Assembly: GCA_963664815.2 (NCBI GenBank)
Contig: CAXXHB010000003.1
Location: 2,688,001-2,752,000, forward strand
Direction: 5' to 3'
Length of the DNA: 64,000 nucleotides
Source of the DNA: Spirochaetota bacterium
Lineage (GTDB): Bacteria > Spirochaetota > UBA4802 > UBA5550
Both the position numbers and the translations under genes were made by a program. Under the pieces are notes generated by a model. That model did no database searches and was not told where the DNA came from. It saw only the letters and a list, made by a program, of their open reading frames with translations. Of this stretch, positions 31,154 to 41,511 are shown one piece after another (positions within the stretch are counted from its first letter, which is position 1; every line of letters starts with the position of its first letter).

Positions 31154-33169
31154 TTAAGCCCGCTTGTTGTTATAAACAGAAAATCCGATCAATACAAGCA
31201 TGATAATCCCCAGAATAAGACCTATATTTATATAATTATTTGACTCTTTACCTATTATATATGCCGTAAGGGAACTGGATGAAGCAAAAGGAAGCTCCTT
31301 GTATTTTTCTGAAATTTTTAAACCGGACAATGCTACAGATGAAATTTTTACCATATCAATTGTCCCGTTAAAAACAAGATTACTCCATGAACTGCTGTAA
31401 ACAACAGGCAGCTGTGCACCGATAACAAGCCCGCCGGCAGAATCCCGTACCTTTCCTACACTGTTGGCAATAGTTCTCTCGCAAATTCCGTTGACATAAA
31501 TTTTAATTTCCGATGCATCCCATGTGGCAACCACATAGTACCATGTGGAAAGCTCAAGTTTTGTACTGCTTTCAACATAAGCATAAGCACCTGATGAATT
31601 AAAAACTGAAAAACGGAGAGTACCATCTGTACCATTATTATCACCCCAGAACTGAAGGCTGTACGATTCATCGCTGAAATCTTTTTTTACGCCTTTATGC
31701 ACAACACCCGCAAACGGCTGATGTGAATCTGCCTTTATTACTGCTTCAATTGTTCCGGAATCTGCAAGGGTAAGCGAGTCGCTGTCAGGCACAAGAACAT
31801 AATCCCCTTTATTGAAATAGAGAGCACTTCCCATAATACCGTCAACCGTATCCGCGCCAGCAATAGTATAACTTCCATCACTGCCATACTCGAAATTCCA
31901 TATCCCGGTTATTTCTTCACTTTTTTTTGCCTTTACAGTATAGTCCGCAAAGGTTCCATTATCTGCCGTTACCCTGTATACAACAGGGGATGTAAAATTA
32001 TTCGTTGTAACATTACTATATTGTTCAACGCCATCAACGGTTATTTTTATGCCTGTCATGGCATATGATGCGACAAGACCGGTCAGATTTTTCGAAGATG
32101 CAAATGAAGAGGTAATTGTTTTTGCACTTTCATCAATAACAGCCGTTTCGCCGTCAAGTTTATATTGCGTTATAGCCTTTGCATCGCTCTTCGCAACAGT
32201 TACTTTTACGACATATGGATTAACATCGCCGTTCTCGGCAGTAACAACATATTCCACATCGCCGGAAAAATTATTCTCTGTTTCTGATGTTTTCTGAACA
32301 ACTTCATTTACCCTGACACTGAAACCCGTGGTCTCAAAGAACGCCTTCAGCAGGAAGCTTGTTGTTCCGTATGGAAGCTCAACAGTAATTGTATTACCTG
32401 AGAACACACCGGTGATATCCACTCCAAGCGATGGATTATCACTCTTTTTAAACCCGAATGATGTCATTGATTTAGCCGTATCTTTAAGGAGTGATACTGT
32501 TACATTGTACTCTTTCACTGACAGATCTTCCGCTGTAACTGTGTATTTGACTGTCGGGGCAAAATCATTTTCTGTCACCCCGCTCGTCTGAATTGTATCT
32601 CCTACAGTAACTTTTTTTCCCGCAGTTTCAAATATTGCTTTTAAAGAAGCACATGAAGTTTTGGCAGGTAATTCAACAGAAATTGTTCCTGCCGATTCAT
32701 CTATAGTTCCGGCTATTCCGTTTAATGAAAAAGCTGTTATACTTTTTTCGTTTGATGGAGCTTTTACCACAACAACCGAGTAAACGCGTTTATCACCATT
32801 TTCCGCTGTTACGGTATATTCAAGAGAGTTTGTAAAATTATTGGGAGTTACACCGCTGTCCTGCAGAATCTCATTTACTTTGACTGTCCCTCCATTAATC
32901 GTAAATTCCGCGACAAGCGATATTACAACTGTCTTATTAGGAACATTAAGCGTAATTACCGAATCCTTAATTACGCCTGTCACATCTCCTGACAGACCTG
33001 AGTTTTTTGATCCGGGAAAGGTAAAACTTACAATTTCATTATTCCCCGAAGAAAATCGCGGATACTGTTCGGTAGTTCCGTCACCACTTCCCGAACCGCC
33101 GCTGCTGCCGCCGCAGCCGGCTGCCATTATGGAGATAAAAACAAGTAAACCTGCCAAAATATTTTTCAC
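31154..33169 (-). CDS. Lipoprotein with four DUF5018-like Ig repeats, a LamG-like domain and a C-terminal TM
   Basis: Lipobox AAGC and Gly/Ser linker; repeats ending NF..(P)V.Y.VTAE(N/D)G...Y.V; WYYVVATWD...IYVNG...FNGTID LamG motif. Confidence 0.85.
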   Translation of the reverse strand: MKNILAGLLVFISIMAAGCGGSSGGSGSGDGTTEQYPRFSSGNNEIVSFTFPGSKNSGLSGDVTGVIKDSVITLNVPNKTVVISLVAEFTINGGTVKVNEILQDSGVTPNNFTNSLEYTVTAENGDKRVYSVVVVKAPSNEKSITAFSLNGIAGTIDESAGTISVELPAKTSCASLKAIFETAGKKVTVGDTIQTSGVTENDFAPTVKYTVTAEDLSVKEYNVTVSLLKDTAKSMTSFGFKKSDNPSLGVDITGVFSGNTITVELPYGTTSFLLKAFFETTGFSVRVNEVVQKTSETENNFSGDVEYVVTAENGDVNPYVVKVTVAKSDAKAITQYKLDGETAVIDESAKTITSSFASSKNLTGLVASYAMTGIKITVDGVEQYSNVTTNNFTSPVVYRVTADNGTFADYTVKAKKSEEITGIWNFEYGSDGSYTIAGADTVDGIMGSALYFNKGDYVLVPDSDSLTLADSGTIEAVIKADSHQPFAGVVHKGVKKDFSDESYSLQFWGDNNGTDGTLRFSVFNSSGAYAYVESSTKLELSTWYYVVATWDASEIKIYVNGICERTIANSVGKVRDSAGGLVIGAQLPVVYSSSWSNLVFNGTIDMVKISSVALSGLKISEKYKELPFASSSSLTAYIIGKESNNYINIGLILGIIMLVLIGFSVYNNKRA

Positions 33170-33428
33170 GCCAGTACCTCCGGAGAAACTCTATACATAA
33201 TTCAATCAGCATTCATTATTATTATAAAACCGGTTTTCCATATGTAACAGTAATATATAGAAATTCATTCTATTTTCGGTTTTTTGTTAAAAGGAAATTA
33301 ACGATTTAAATACCCATTTTTAAAAAATTGTCTTATAAGCTGATTTATCGGTCTTCTGATGATTTCAATTCTATAAAATAGTTGATGTTTTATAAACATT
33401 AAATACTTTAATACTGCAGGTTAAACAT

Positions 33429-34766
33429 ATGTCATCAGCCATATTAATAAAAAAAATATCACTCTCAGGAACAATTGTCATGACAGTTTGTTTTGCTCTT
33501 TTCCTGACATCAGCCGGATGTATGTTCAGTGATGTTGTAAAAAACGGCAGCCCTGAAGAGATATATTCAGCTGTTAAAAAAGGTGCTGATGTAAACGAAA
33601 TATCCGGTTCGGGTGAAACCCCTCTTCTATGTGCCATAAGATATAACAGAAAACCCTATGAAGCCTCTCTTATTCTTGTAAATTCCGGATCAGATATCAA
33701 CAGACCTGACAATAACGGATACACTCCCCTCCACTGCGCAGTGCAAACTACTGACAGCAATGATGCTTTGAGGATTGCAGAACTGCTTCTTGAGCATGAA
33801 GCGAATGTGAATGCCCGCGGCGGGTTTGACAATTCCACACCCTTAATGAACGCGGTATCAAGGTCGGACGGCTTAAAAATCGTCGAACTACTGATAAAAT
33901 ACGGGGCAGATTTAAGGATTCCTGATTCGCGGAATGAATCTGCTCTTCATTATGCCGCATCAGCCAATGGAGCAGGGGATATTATCACTCTTCTCATAAA
34001 ACATGGAGCCGATGTTAATTCAGGTGCTCCGTCATATTCTCCGCTCCACAGGGCTTCATATTCAGGAGCAGCGGAAAATATTAAAATTCTGCTGGCACAT
34101 AATGCCTTAATTAATATAAAGGGTGCTGCCAGCGAATCTAAAACCCCGCTTGAAACTGCCGTTGATGCAAAGCACTTTGACTGCGCTAAAATACTTATAG
34201 AAAACGGAGCCGATATTAATACTGAGAGCTATTACAACTACCAGCCGTTCAAATACAGGAACAACAGTCAGACATATCTCAACAAGCTTACTCATGTTGA
34301 TCTTGACACAATTCAGTTCGAGAGGATGACTCCTCTGCATCGCGCCGTTACCCATAACAGCTTCTCTTTTGTCGAATACCTGTTAATTAAAGGAGCAAAG
34401 ACCGGGAAGGATGCTCATTTCGGAGGATATGCACTTGACTTTGCATTTTTTCTCAACTACTATGATATTGCCGAACTTCTGATTAAATATAAAGCTCCAT
34501 CGCTATTTGCTGATATATATCTCAATGATGCTGTCGAAGAAAAGAATCTTAAGAAGGTTGAGCTTCTTTTAAGGGCGGGTGCAGATGTAAAACATAAAAA
34601 CTTCACAGGAGATACGTCACTGCATCTTGCGTCAAAAAACGGTGATATTGAAATGGTAAAACTCCTTCTGAAGCATAAAGCCGACATTTCCACTAAAGGG
34701 AGCAATGGTAAAACACCTGCTGATATCGCTGCAGACGATGAAATACGGAAACTGCTCAAACCTTAA
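33429..34766 (+). CDS. Ankyrin-repeat protein, probable lipoprotein
   Basis: Many TPLH.A...LL..GADVN repeats; SAGC lipobox-like segment. Confidence 0.93.
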   Translation: MSSAILIKKISLSGTIVMTVCFALFLTSAGCMFSDVVKNGSPEEIYSAVKKGADVNEISGSGETPLLCAIRYNRKPYEASLILVNSGSDINRPDNNGYTPLHCAVQTTDSNDALRIAELLLEHEANVNARGGFDNSTPLMNAVSRSDGLKIVELLIKYGADLRIPDSRNESALHYAASANGAGDIITLLIKHGADVNSGAPSYSPLHRASYSGAAENIKILLAHNALINIKGAASESKTPLETAVDAKHFDCAKILIENGADINTESYYNYQPFKYRNNSQTYLNKLTHVDLDTIQFERMTPLHRAVTHNSFSFVEYLLIKGAKTGKDAHFGGYALDFAFFLNYYDIAELLIKYKAPSLFADIYLNDAVEEKNLKKVELLLRAGADVKHKNFTGDTSLHLASKNGDIEMVKLLLKHKADISTKGSNGKTPADIAADDEIRKLLKP

Positions 34767-34835
34767 TTTCTTGACATATTCCCGGCCGGTTAAATATTGT
34801 TGTAAATAATTTTTAATTCATGGATATATTAGATT

Positions 34836-36431
34836 TTGAAATCAGTAATTAAAAAACCACTATCCAGATGGTGGAGTGATGCTAAAGAGCACTACCACCC
34901 GGATGAAATAGTCAGGTATCTCCAGAATAACAAAAACCTGCTTGAAGATTATATTTCAAAACTGGATAATAATAAATATCTGTACAGATGGATACATAAG
35001 CTCTTTTCTCTAATCTCAGGTGTAGCATCTATCGCAGACTGGATATTAAGACAGGTCCAGCGTGTTCTGCTTCTTTTCCCCGGAATAAGATTTCTGATTC
35101 AAAAATTTTCAGACTGGAAAAACCATTTAAATTTTAACGAGTTCGTCGAGTTTTTAAGGGCAAAGATATATTCTCTGCGTCACCCTCCGCATAATGAAGG
35201 TGATCTAAGAGCTGTCGAAGAGATTATTGATTTTGCATCAAAACATGGATTCGACTACAAAACCCGTATACCGCATATACAGAAACGCTTTCTTGAAAAG
35301 AAAAACCAGTTAATGCAGCACAAGTTTTTTCAGGAATTTTCCAAGTCTGCCCTTGAAAGACTCCTGGCAATACAGTTTTCCTTCAATCGCAACATTTTCC
35401 CCGTGCTTCCGGATTCAGCCTTCTGGCATAAAATATTTGAATTTTGTGAAAAAAGAGAGATAATTGATGTAATCCTGGTAGACAGGAACAGGAAAAGAAC
35501 ATCGTTCAAAAAATCCAGCCGTGAAGAACTCGAGTCCACTGATGTAATAAAAACTCTTCAGCTTCTTCTTAAAATAAAGGAGAGCGGACGGCGTATTTTT
35601 TTTGTCGGCCACCACGAAGGTTACCTCGGCCCGTACTTTGTCAGGAGTGTGGTACGCAAACTCGGTTTTGACAGTCTCACAAGAAACTGCAATACTGTAG
35701 TAGGGCCGCGGATGTTCTCCAATGTAGTATTACGCAACGGCGCCGCCAATGTTGGTAATCTCTTTATAACCGTTCCTTCACAGAAAACAACAGTCATACA
35801 GACCCATGGCCTTGCCGAGGAACTAAGGAAAACCGCTAAAAGAACACAGGTACTTATAAAGATGCCCGATTCCTGCCTGAAACTTATCAAAAAATTTGAT
35901 TTTAAAGACTTTATGAATGCCTTTGTTTTCGGGAATGATGATACATTTAAATTATACACATCGTCCCTCTCCCCGAAAGAGATTAAGGAGATCAAAACTT
36001 TTTTCAAATCATACAATTTCCAGGAATCAATGAATGAATTCTGCATGGAGGACTATGACCTCTTTAAAAACGCCATGGGTGAGAGTTTTCTTATATTCCC
36101 CGAAGGATCGCGGTCATATATTGATCCTGACGGCGCCGTAGTAATGAAGTATATCAACCCTAAATACTTCGATGCATACATGAGACCTGGTGACTATATT
36201 GCACCAATTAACCTTGTAGGCGGATCGGACCTTACAAAAGGATGGAAACTCAGAAAAGCCACAATGGGTATTTCAATGGATATACCTTTTGAAGTAACAC
36301 CTAAAATGATGAAAAACTACGAAGAATCCGGACTAGCCGTAATGAAAAAAATTGCTGCTCTCCCTAATATAAAAGAAGTGAGATTCAAAGAGGAGATCCA
36401 GTTTAAAAAAAGATCTGATGAAGAAGACTGA
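34836..36431 (+). CDS. Glycerolipid acyltransferase-family protein (PlsB/PlsC-like)
   Basis: FLIFPEGSRS block; FVGHHEGYLG in the HxxxxD position; VVGPRM. Confidence 0.7.
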   Translation: MKSVIKKPLSRWWSDAKEHYHPDEIVRYLQNNKNLLEDYISKLDNNKYLYRWIHKLFSLISGVASIADWILRQVQRVLLLFPGIRFLIQKFSDWKNHLNFNEFVEFLRAKIYSLRHPPHNEGDLRAVEEIIDFASKHGFDYKTRIPHIQKRFLEKKNQLMQHKFFQEFSKSALERLLAIQFSFNRNIFPVLPDSAFWHKIFEFCEKREIIDVILVDRNRKRTSFKKSSREELESTDVIKTLQLLLKIKESGRRIFFVGHHEGYLGPYFVRSVVRKLGFDSLTRNCNTVVGPRMFSNVVLRNGAANVGNLFITVPSQKTTVIQTHGLAEELRKTAKRTQVLIKMPDSCLKLIKKFDFKDFMNAFVFGNDDTFKLYTSSLSPKEIKEIKTFFKSYNFQESMNEFCMEDYDLFKNAMGESFLIFPEGSRSYIDPDGAVVMKYINPKYFDAYMRPGDYIAPINLVGGSDLTKGWKLRKATMGISMDIPFEVTPKMMKNYEESGLAVMKKIAALPNIKEVRFKEEIQFKKRSDEED

Positions 36432-36533
36432 AAATGACTTCAATATTAATCTGGAACTGATATTCAATACAAAAGATTTCTTAAACAGCAACATCATATC
36501 CTATAGATTTTTATAATATAAAATCCGTCTTAA

Positions 36534-38096
36534 CTATGAAATAGTAAGGTTAAATTTTACTGAAATCTGGTTTATTAAATTCAGGTAGCTTTTTACAAAC
36601 ATTTCAACCGGATCAACACCGTAAGATTCATCAGAATAGATAATCCCCTCATATTCTGCAGTAATAGAAAACAATCCGGAAGAACCGGAACCCACACCAG
36701 ATGTCGTAAAGGTATAATGTAAAATATCAATTTTTATACTGAACAGCCGTTTTAAAGCAGCAATAACAGAATCCCATATATTACTGCCCTCTGAAGTATT
36801 TTTTTTACGATCTCCATAGATTGATGTCACCTCCAATGAAACATTAAAAATATTTTCTTTTGATTTAATTACTGAATAACTGCATGAATGGAGATACCAT
36901 ATATTACTATTAATAATCCCCTCTTCAAACAGCATTGTAATGATATCAGTGGTCGTTACACATTTTACTTTGTCTGCCATATTTTTAAACTCATTCAGGA
37001 ACTCAATGTCTTCCGTATTTATAATATTATCTCCGGTAAGTTCATTTATCATTGCATTAAATCCGCTTATTCCTGAGTGATGTGAAAAAATAAATTTATG
37101 GGGAGGGTATCCATAATCCTCCGGATTAAGAATTGAATATGTTATTGCAGATGTAAAAATCCCATTCTGGTGTATTCCTGAACTATGTGTAAATATATTT
37201 CTCCCTGCAACCGGTTTATTTGGTGAAATTGATATTCCGGTACAGCTTGTCAGGGTTCTTACAGCTTCGGCAAATCCTCTCATATTTAACGCAGTTTTAA
37301 ATCTCCCGTAATAATCACCCCGTGCGGTTAAAACAGCAGCTATTTCCTCAAGAGGTGCATTTCCTCCTCTCTCTCCTATACCAAGAAGTGTTACTTCCGC
37401 CTGCATGGCCCCTGAGGATAACCCCGCAAGAGTGTTGGCAACTGCAAGCCCAATGTCATTATGACAATGTACACTTAAACGTGATCTCCCCTTTTTAAAT
37501 GCATTTACATTATTATACAACATATAGATAAGCGAATAATATTCTGAAGGTTGTGCATAACCAACCGTATCGGCTATATTTACAACATCAGCCCCGGCTT
37601 TTGTTACCATTTCGCAGAATTCCAGCAGAAATTCTGGTTCTGTACGTGTTGCATCCTCTGCGCTGATCTCTACATAATCAGCAAATTCTGAAGCACACTG
37701 AACAGCATCAACAGCCATCCTTTCAATTTCGCTCCTGCTTTTACGAAGCTTCATCCTCCTGTGTATCGGCGATGTAGCTATTGATGTATGAATATATCTA
37801 TGTCTGGCATTATGTATGGCTTCACCGGCTTTTTTTATATCTTCAGTTTTTGCCATGGCCATAACAGATACAGCAGCGGTCTCCAGAGATTCTGCAACTC
37901 TCTGTACGGCAGAAAACTGCCCCGGCGACGATGCAGGAAAACCAACTTCAATAATGTCAACACCCAGTTTTTCAATATATCCCGCCATGACTATTTTTTC
38001 ATCAGGGCTGAATGAATATCCCGGTGACTGGTCTCCATCGCGCAGAGTAGTATCAAGAATAATTATTCTTCTTTCATTTTCATTCATAAAACTCAC
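36534..38096 (-). CDS. leuA: 2-isopropylmalate synthase family (LeuA-like) enzyme
   Basis: LDTTLRDGDQSPG, EVGFP, EDATR, DTVG, VHCHNDIGLAVANTL, GIGERGGNA, HSSGIHQ; divergent C-terminal regulatory domain; substrate not certain. Confidence 0.8.
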   Translation of the reverse strand: MSFMNENERRIIILDTTLRDGDQSPGYSFSPDEKIVMAGYIEKLGVDIIEVGFPASSPGQFSAVQRVAESLETAAVSVMAMAKTEDIKKAGEAIHNARHRYIHTSIATSPIHRRMKLRKSRSEIERMAVDAVQCASEFADYVEISAEDATRTEPEFLLEFCEMVTKAGADVVNIADTVGYAQPSEYYSLIYMLYNNVNAFKKGRSRLSVHCHNDIGLAVANTLAGLSSGAMQAEVTLLGIGERGGNAPLEEIAAVLTARGDYYGRFKTALNMRGFAEAVRTLTSCTGISISPNKPVAGRNIFTHSSGIHQNGIFTSAITYSILNPEDYGYPPHKFIFSHHSGISGFNAMINELTGDNIINTEDIEFLNEFKNMADKVKCVTTTDIITMLFEEGIINSNIWYLHSCSYSVIKSKENIFNVSLEVTSIYGDRKKNTSEGSNIWDSVIAALKRLFSIKIDILHYTFTTSGVGSGSSGLFSITAEYEGIIYSDESYGVDPVEMFVKSYLNLINQISVKFNLTIS

Positions 38097-38360
38097 CTGA
38101 ATCCGGAATTAACATAGTTGGCTCAAGCACCCTTTCAATAAATTTGATTAAAACACGGCATCTTCACGACCTGGTTCATTACGTTAACTAACATCCACCG
38201 GACAAAAAAACTGCAGACTGTTCATAATACATATCTCCTGTAAAATTTTAATCAGTACCAGCAATACATTACGTAAAAGAATCCATGCCTGATATTATAT
38301 GGCAGAATAGCCGCGTCTCATAAAACATACAGACCTCCAAAATCATCTTCTTAATAGTAA

Positions 38361-38377
38361 TTGCAATAATCGTGCCA
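38361..38377 (-). promoter_or_regulatory. Sigma-54 (-24/-12) promoter facing the leuA-like gene
   Basis: Minus strand TGGCACGATTATTGCAA matches TGGCAC-N5-TTGCW exactly. Confidence 0.8.
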
Positions 38378-38769
38378 ATAGTCATACATAACGTTCAAAA
38401 ACCGTCAGACCATTGCACTCCGGTTATATTTAACAAAAACGCCGTACATATAATCATGATTTTCGATAATTATACCTTTATTAAACCATACATTGAGTTC
38501 AGCCTGATCATTCATTCGTAAAGAGACATGGCCGGTTTAAACAGGTTTAACTGAATTTGTACATAACTGTTTTTTTTATGAGGATATATCACATTATTGT
38601 TTTTTTTATCAACGGACCGGCATATTGTCATTACTTTGCACTTCCTTTTCGATGAATGAAACTACAGGCAACTATTTACTGATCATGATATTTTTTATTG
38701 TTGCGAACAATTATGTAGTAATAAACCGTGTAATATCGCAAATCAGCATGCAACAGGACAGACCATTAA

Positions 38770-39567
38770 ATGATGAGAATATGCAGCATAGCAAGCAGCA
38801 GCAGCGGAAACTGCATATACGTGGGGACAGAAAGCACCCATGTACTTATTGATACGGGGATCAGCGGTAAAAAACTTAAAGCCGGCCTCGGGATAATAAA
38901 CCTTGATCCCTGTGGTATAGATGCGATACTTGTAACACATGAACACTCAGATCATATTAAAGGACTCGGCGTTGCGGCAAGAAAATACAGTATACCAATA
39001 TATTCCACAGCCCGTACATGGGAAAGGATTATATCTTCGGGACTGACAGGCGCTATTGATGAAAAGCTCTTCCATGAAATCACACCCGATACCGATTTCA
39101 GAATTAAAGATCTTGTAATACACCCCTTCACCACATCACACGATGCCGTTCAGCCTGTATGCTATACGTTCACCTGTAATTTGAAAAAAATAAGCGTCGC
39201 CACTGACCTTGGATGCTTCGACAGCTATATAACTGAGAAGCTTAAAGACTCAAACATTCTTTTTATAGAAGCAAACCATGACATTGATATGCTTCAAAAC
39301 GGACTTTACCCTTACTATCTCAAGAAAAGAATACTGGGGGACAAAGGGCACCTCTCCAACAGGATGTCCGGCAGGCTTATATCTGAAGTAATGAGCAAAA
39401 AACTGCAGTATGTCATGCTGGGGCATTTGAGCAGGGAAAACAATCTCCCTGAAATTGCATACAATTCGGTTCTTGAGGAACTTATCGCAGCTGATTCAGA
39501 GCACTTACCCGGAATAAGGCTTATTGTTTCCGAAAGGGAAGAGATCACGGAACCTGTTACAATTTAG
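38770..39567 (+). CDS. MBL-fold metallo-hydrolase (WalJ/YycJ-like)
   Basis: SSSSGNC, THEHSDH, SHDA, ATDLG, EANHD, GHLSN, HLSRENN. Confidence 0.92.
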   Translation: MMRICSIASSSSGNCIYVGTESTHVLIDTGISGKKLKAGLGIINLDPCGIDAILVTHEHSDHIKGLGVAARKYSIPIYSTARTWERIISSGLTGAIDEKLFHEITPDTDFRIKDLVIHPFTTSHDAVQPVCYTFTCNLKKISVATDLGCFDSYITEKLKDSNILFIEANHDIDMLQNGLYPYYLKKRILGDKGHLSNRMSGRLISEVMSKKLQYVMLGHLSRENNLPEIAYNSVLEELIAADSEHLPGIRLIVSEREEITEPVTI

Positions 39568-39568
39568 T

Positions 39569-40477
39569 TCAGGCAGGGATATATACCCCATCCCTTTCTG
39601 TCACCCTCCCCTCCTCCATGAGAATGGAAATATTTTCGGCAGCCATATGCTCCTCAAATGCGTACTGGATCTTCAGATCCATAAACCTGTTATTATAGAA
39701 AGGAGATCCTGCTGCAATCTCGTGCAGGGTTTTTCCGCTGCCGATAAACCTCAGAATTTCATTCTTTTGCCGTTCAAAAGCAGCGAGATATGCTTCAAAA
39801 CGCGGTGTTGAGTCACCTTCATACGGCGGTTTGTGTGATGTGCAAATCCTTTTGTAGGGAAAAGACATTATCTTTTTAACGCTGGCGATGAACGGTTTTA
39901 TCCGTCCCTCGGGATTTCCATACCAGGGACCGAATGAGGTGAAATCAATATCGGTAGATATTAATGTACCTGAGATATGTTCAAAAAAACAGTAGTGGTC
40001 ATCAAGGTGCCCGGGCGTATGGACAGTTTCAATGCGCGCGCTGCCGATATCTATTATATTGCCGTCTGAGAATCGGCTATCCGGTTCACGGAGCGGTCTG
40101 ATGCCCAGTGTTTTGCCTATGGCCTCCACCCAGTAAAGCCCTCTCTCCCTTGTGCCGACATAGCGTTCACCCAGCAACTCGAGGTTATAGACACTGTCAG
40201 GCATCTCCTTCGGAGCAATAATCTCTCTGTGTGAAAGAACAAACCATCGTCTTATATGATCGGGATGTGAGTGTGATATTAAAAGAGTATCAATTCCTAT
40301 CTCGCGGTCTATACTGATTATAAAATCTTCGTCCGCTCCGGCATCTATCAGAATATTTTTATTCCCGGTAAACAGAAATCCGTGCGAATACGGGAACTGT
40401 CCGTTTTTCGGCGCCGTTACCTGCCAGACATTATCAGCTACTTTGAGCAGGCGGTTATCGTTAAATAGATTCATCAC
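39569..40477 (-). CDS. MBL-fold metallo-hydrolase
   Basis: SHSHPDH, HTPGH, D..FTSFGPWYG, TSH. Confidence 0.88.
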   Translation of the reverse strand: MMNLFNDNRLLKVADNVWQVTAPKNGQFPYSHGFLFTGNKNILIDAGADEDFIISIDREIGIDTLLISHSHPDHIRRWFVLSHREIIAPKEMPDSVYNLELLGERYVGTRERGLYWVEAIGKTLGIRPLREPDSRFSDGNIIDIGSARIETVHTPGHLDDHYCFFEHISGTLISTDIDFTSFGPWYGNPEGRIKPFIASVKKIMSFPYKRICTSHKPPYEGDSTPRFEAYLAAFERQKNEILRFIGSGKTLHEIAAGSPFYNNRFMDLKIQYAFEEHMAAENISILMEEGRVTERDGVYIPA

Positions 40478-40675
40478 CAGGATTTTTTAACTCTTCTGTT
40501 TATTCTGCAAGAATAATATTATCACAGCTTAAGAAAAATTACACGGTAATTACCTCTGTAATCTCCGGCAGCTCATTTATGAAGAAATATTGCGTTATAC
40601 AGGAATTGTCAAATTTTTAAAAATCATATTCTGATGCGGGTTATTTGAGTGGAAAACATCGGATTCTACCGTCCT

Positions 40676-41203
40676 TCATGAACCGGCGGAATAATTTTTT
40701 GTTATCAGTTCTTTTATTTTTTTTGCCGGATAGCTGAAATCGAGCTGTTCCAGTTCTGTTGTATTCATATTCATATTGGTGATCAATATCTCCCTTTCGG
40801 TTATGTCATCAATACATTCCAGCCTTGCCTCCAGCATCTTAATAAAGAAATTCATTGTTTCCGTAATATTACTGTTACTGCCCCTGCAGAAACCGATCTC
40901 TTTATACTCCATGGTAACCCGGTTTATAATTTCATTATCAATACCTGTCCTGTTCAGATACAGCAGCAGGTTCTCCCTGAAAATATTTGAAATTGAATCA
41001 ACATCATGCCTTTTAATGCCGTAGACAAAAAAAGTGTAAAGTGTACGCTCATTGGTGAAAATGAGATATTTTTTTCTGTTATACCTGAATACATCACAAT
41101 ACCAGTTACCCAGACCTGAATTATCTGCCGGAATATCCTCCGGACTGACAACATCTTCTTTTATCTCTTTCAGAAGATTCTGTGAACAATGTATTATTCT
41201 CAT
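40676..41203 (-). CDS. DUF6933-like hypothetical protein
   Basis: CSQNLLK and LGNWYCDVF...RKKYLIFTNERTLY pattern. Confidence 0.65.
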   Translation of the reverse strand: MRIIHCSQNLLKEIKEDVVSPEDIPADNSGLGNWYCDVFRYNRKKYLIFTNERTLYTFFVYGIKRHDVDSISNIFRENLLLYLNRTGIDNEIINRVTMEYKEIGFCRGSNSNITETMNFFIKMLEARLECIDDITEREILITNMNMNTTELEQLDFSYPAKKIKELITKNYSAGS

Positions 41204-41511
41204 TATATTCTCCCCTGTTCAACGCCGTTTACTTCTATTTTACTCCTGTTCTTAATTCATGTTCTTAATTCATGTTTTTCAAGCTCACTGACAGTCACCG
41301 TTATCACACTGTAAATTTTAATATCTATTTTGTCAAAGGATTTTAAGAAGAAAAGTTCATTCAGCAGAATATGAACGTTTTGTCTATAATAATGCACTTA
41401 CCACGATATAACCTTAAAAGTATCAAGAACTGATATGGAGTTGCCGTATAATACAAAACTGCCGGGAAAAGTGATTATCCGTAAAAAACATACTCCATTA
41501 TACAATCTGTT

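Noticed and set aside
38097-38340. Leucine attenuator (leuL) upstream of the leuA-like gene
   Set aside because: None of the small ORFs is Leu-rich and no clear terminator/antiterminator pair is visible.
41247-41276. 13-bp tandem duplication TGTTCTTAATTCA
   Set aside because: Probably simple slippage; no element ends nearby.
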